A DNA stretch of 62,192 nucleotides, the filler included, from an uncultured virus (IMG/VR IMGVR_UViG_2049941000_000870) (lineage: Duplodnaviria; Heunggongvirae; Uroviricota; Caudoviricetes). It is 18 parts of one record of this genome, joined end to end, with 100 filler letters (N's around TTAATTAATTAA, not from the genome) between each part and the next. Parts side by side here need not be neighbours in the genome. Positions count along the whole stretch, not along the records: positions 54,036 to 62,192 come from IMGVR_UViG_2049941000_000870; 17 more parts are not named here. One strand, written 5' to 3'. The position numbers and the translations under genes are program-made. Each line of letters starts with the position of its first letter. Within the stretch, counting starts at the first letter, position 1. Shown here in pieces: positions 60,001 to 62,192 of the stretch. Under the pieces are notes generated by a model. The model ran no database searches. It was given only the letters and a program-made list of their open reading frames with translations, and was not told where the DNA came from.

Positions 60001-61388
60001 GCGTGCCCGATGTTGAAGACACCGTCATACGTGACCCTGTTCTTGAGCGATATTCCATCAATATAGCGCTTGATGTCGTCATAGTACCTGCCCATGACCC
60101 TGAGCATGCCCTGCATCCTGGTCCCGCCGAGAACGTTCTCAGCTTCCTCGCCGTCGGCGTATTCCCTGGTGTAGGTCCAGTCGAAGTTCTTTATGGCCTC
60201 GTGGGTCATGTTCTCCCACAGGTTGTCACACCACAGTGTGTCCAGCGTGGTCGCCAGACTGTTGAGCCTGGAAAGGTAGTTGAAATACGCGATGGTGTCT
60301 ATGTCAATACAATATCCCGTTGAAGGCCACGTATACCGCCTTTCGGAATACTGCCATCTTGCGTCAAGTTCAGATTCCCTGAACGGTGTGATGAACCTGA
60401 CTGAATACCTGGGCTCGGTCACCCTTGACAGAAGCTGTGCTTCAAGTCCCTGCAAGCCAGCGAAATATTTCTCGATGAGCGTGTCGTCTGGACGGATTTC
60501 CATATTTGCCATGTCGGTAACCCACACGGTTTCCCTGCCATGCTGTATACACCATATGTGCCCGAATTGCGTCTGCCCAGACCCTCCGCCGTTCGACACC
60601 GTTATCCTGCACGGGGTCTTTCCGTCGTCGGCCACAAGCGTCATCTCGCACGGGCGAGGCCCGTCGCTTGCCGAGAACGTGATTTCACATATCACATCGT
60701 AGTCGTCAACGCATTCGGTGTACGGCCTGGTCCACACGTTCCATGACCCTATCGCACCCCCGTTGCACAGGTATAGCTGCCATGACAACGGAAGGCTGCG
60801 CATCCTGTTGTCGTTCGGACCGAGGACTGGGTCCTGTGTCGACAGGTCTATGTTGAACGGGTTCCTGACCGCCCAGAGCCCGTTGTACGGGTCGTTTCCC
60901 CATGTCAGGGTGAAATTGCCGTTATCGTCGGACGAAACCGAGTCAAGCACAAGCCACTCGCCGTCCGTCTCGTCATACCGCTGCAGCCTTGCATTCTCGG
61001 AATACACCCTTCCAGGAAACTCGCGTATAATCTTCTCCACGGTGGCCCTGACCAGTTCGGCGGCCGAGCCGTAGTACGCATAGTCCCTCAGGTCGTTGCT
61101 AGGGCTCAGTATCGTCGTGTCGTTGACTTTTCCGTTTATGTTCGGGTCGATGTTGTCCAGCGTGTACGGCTCGCTCCATTCGCCAGTGAAGTTGCGTTTC
61201 TGGAGTCCAGCCGTGTTGTTGTCAGTGAAAAGGAAGTTTCCGTCGGAATAAATCTTCTTCTTTCCAGGCTCGATGACATGCCTCTCGCCGAGCGTGGACC
61301 AGTCGCGCTCGAATATGGTCCCGCCGTTCACTGTAGTGTGAACCTTCCTTAGTATGTAGTTGCTGTATGACTTGCTATATCTGGCCAT
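57089..61388 (-). CDS. Very large putative virion structural protein (gapped)
   Basis: About 1000 aa uninterrupted frame; DYAYYGSA, VFRTKGTRHCI. Confidence 0.7.
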
Positions 61389-61391
61389 GCG

Positions 61392-62192
61392 CTAGTTCCT
61401 CATGTCCTCTATGTTGAGGCTCCTGTCTATGTTTCCTGTCTTGTTTAGCTTGACCTCGGCTATGTTCTTCTTGTTGTAGTTGTCCTTGACAGTGGAGAAC
61501 TCGAACTGCCTGTAAATCTCGCCGTCGAAATTGTATGTTGTCAGCCTGCCGTTCTCAAGGTTCCTGAGCTGCTCGCCCTCGAGCATGTAGCTTATCGTCT
61601 CGATGTCGTGGTCGGCCACCTCTATCTCGATGCAGACTGGGTCGAACTTGGTGTTCTTTATCACAATCCTCTGGTTCGGGACCCCGATGTAGGGTATTGC
61701 ATTGCTCTTGAACGACGGGGCTGCGGAAGGTGTCAGTGTTATGAAGCACAGCGAACCGCTTGCGTTGTAGGCGTATGCCGTTGACGACGAGTTGGACGAC
61801 GCCGTGTTCTGGGACACTGGCTGGCAGTACCCGCAGCTTGTTATCAGCCTGTGGTATTCCTGTCTCACTACCGTGCCCTCCGAATTGTCGTAGTCGAAAT
61901 ACTCGACCCTGTACCCAGTAAGGTTGTCGTCGGCGAAAAGCTGCCTGTATTCTGGCGTCTCGTTCATGTCTATGACAATGCCGCGTATGTCTGGATATGC
62001 AGACAAGGACCCGACGTCCCTGATTGTGCACTTGAATTCCTTCGGCACAATGTATACGGTGTAAAAGCCCTTGTTTCCGAAAATGGAGACTGGCAGTTTC
62101 AGGTTGTACATGCCAGGCAGCCTCCTGTCGTCCCCGACAGAGGGTTCCTCGAGCACCGCGCGCTCCAGCACGCTTGGCACGTTGTCTATCTT
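61392..62192 (-). CDS. Putative virion structural protein, 5'-truncated
   Basis: Open frame to the window edge. Confidence 0.65.
   Translation of the reverse strand, partial: KIDNVPSVLERAVLEEPSVGDDRRLPGMYNLKLPVSIFGNKGFYTVYIVPKEFKCTIRDVGSLSAYPDIRGIVIDMNETPEYRQLFADDNLTGYRVEYFDYDNSEGTVVRQEYHRLITSCGYCQPVSQNTASSNSSSTAYAYNASGSLCFITLTPSAAPSFKSNAIPYIGVPNQRIVIKNTKFDPVCIEIEVADHDIETISYMLEGEQLRNLENGRLTTYNFDGEIYRQFEFSTVKDNYNKKNIAEVKLNKTGNIDRSLNIEDMRN

Overview
Gappy metagenomic scaffold of a jumbo (huge) phage, probably infecting Bacteroidota (inferred from BACON and BspA-type LRR virion proteins, DUF4376, and Bacteroidota-style boxA and tmRNA tag). Nearly all genes are on the minus strand. Contig order across N gaps is unreliable: GH16, DnaK, DnaJ and sigma70 are split and interleaved, and N-flanked TTAATTAATTAA linkers are artefacts. 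Left part: accessory ORFs, an ART-like protein, SprT, HNH, GH16, ArdC-like, a DHFR-ThyA fusion, an IS605-type TnpB, and Trp-repeat proteins. Middle (24-33.5 kb): an RNA-rich island with at least 14 tRNA genes or fragments, several with non-canonical structure. It also holds a family of IC3-like group I introns (one complete in tRNA-Ile(CAU), one in tRNA-Ser, and a core whose flanks are not tRNA but are complementary to each other). The island further contains a tmRNA coding piece (tag ENNSYIGLAA*) with no downstream acceptor end, a twice-repeated covarying pseudoknot motif (one copy inside a tRNA-like frame), and other structured spacers. Next come dnaJ, a macrodomain, an ART-like gene, IF-3, sigma70 and dnaK. 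Right part: large virion/tail proteins. All structures were read by eye; no searches were run.
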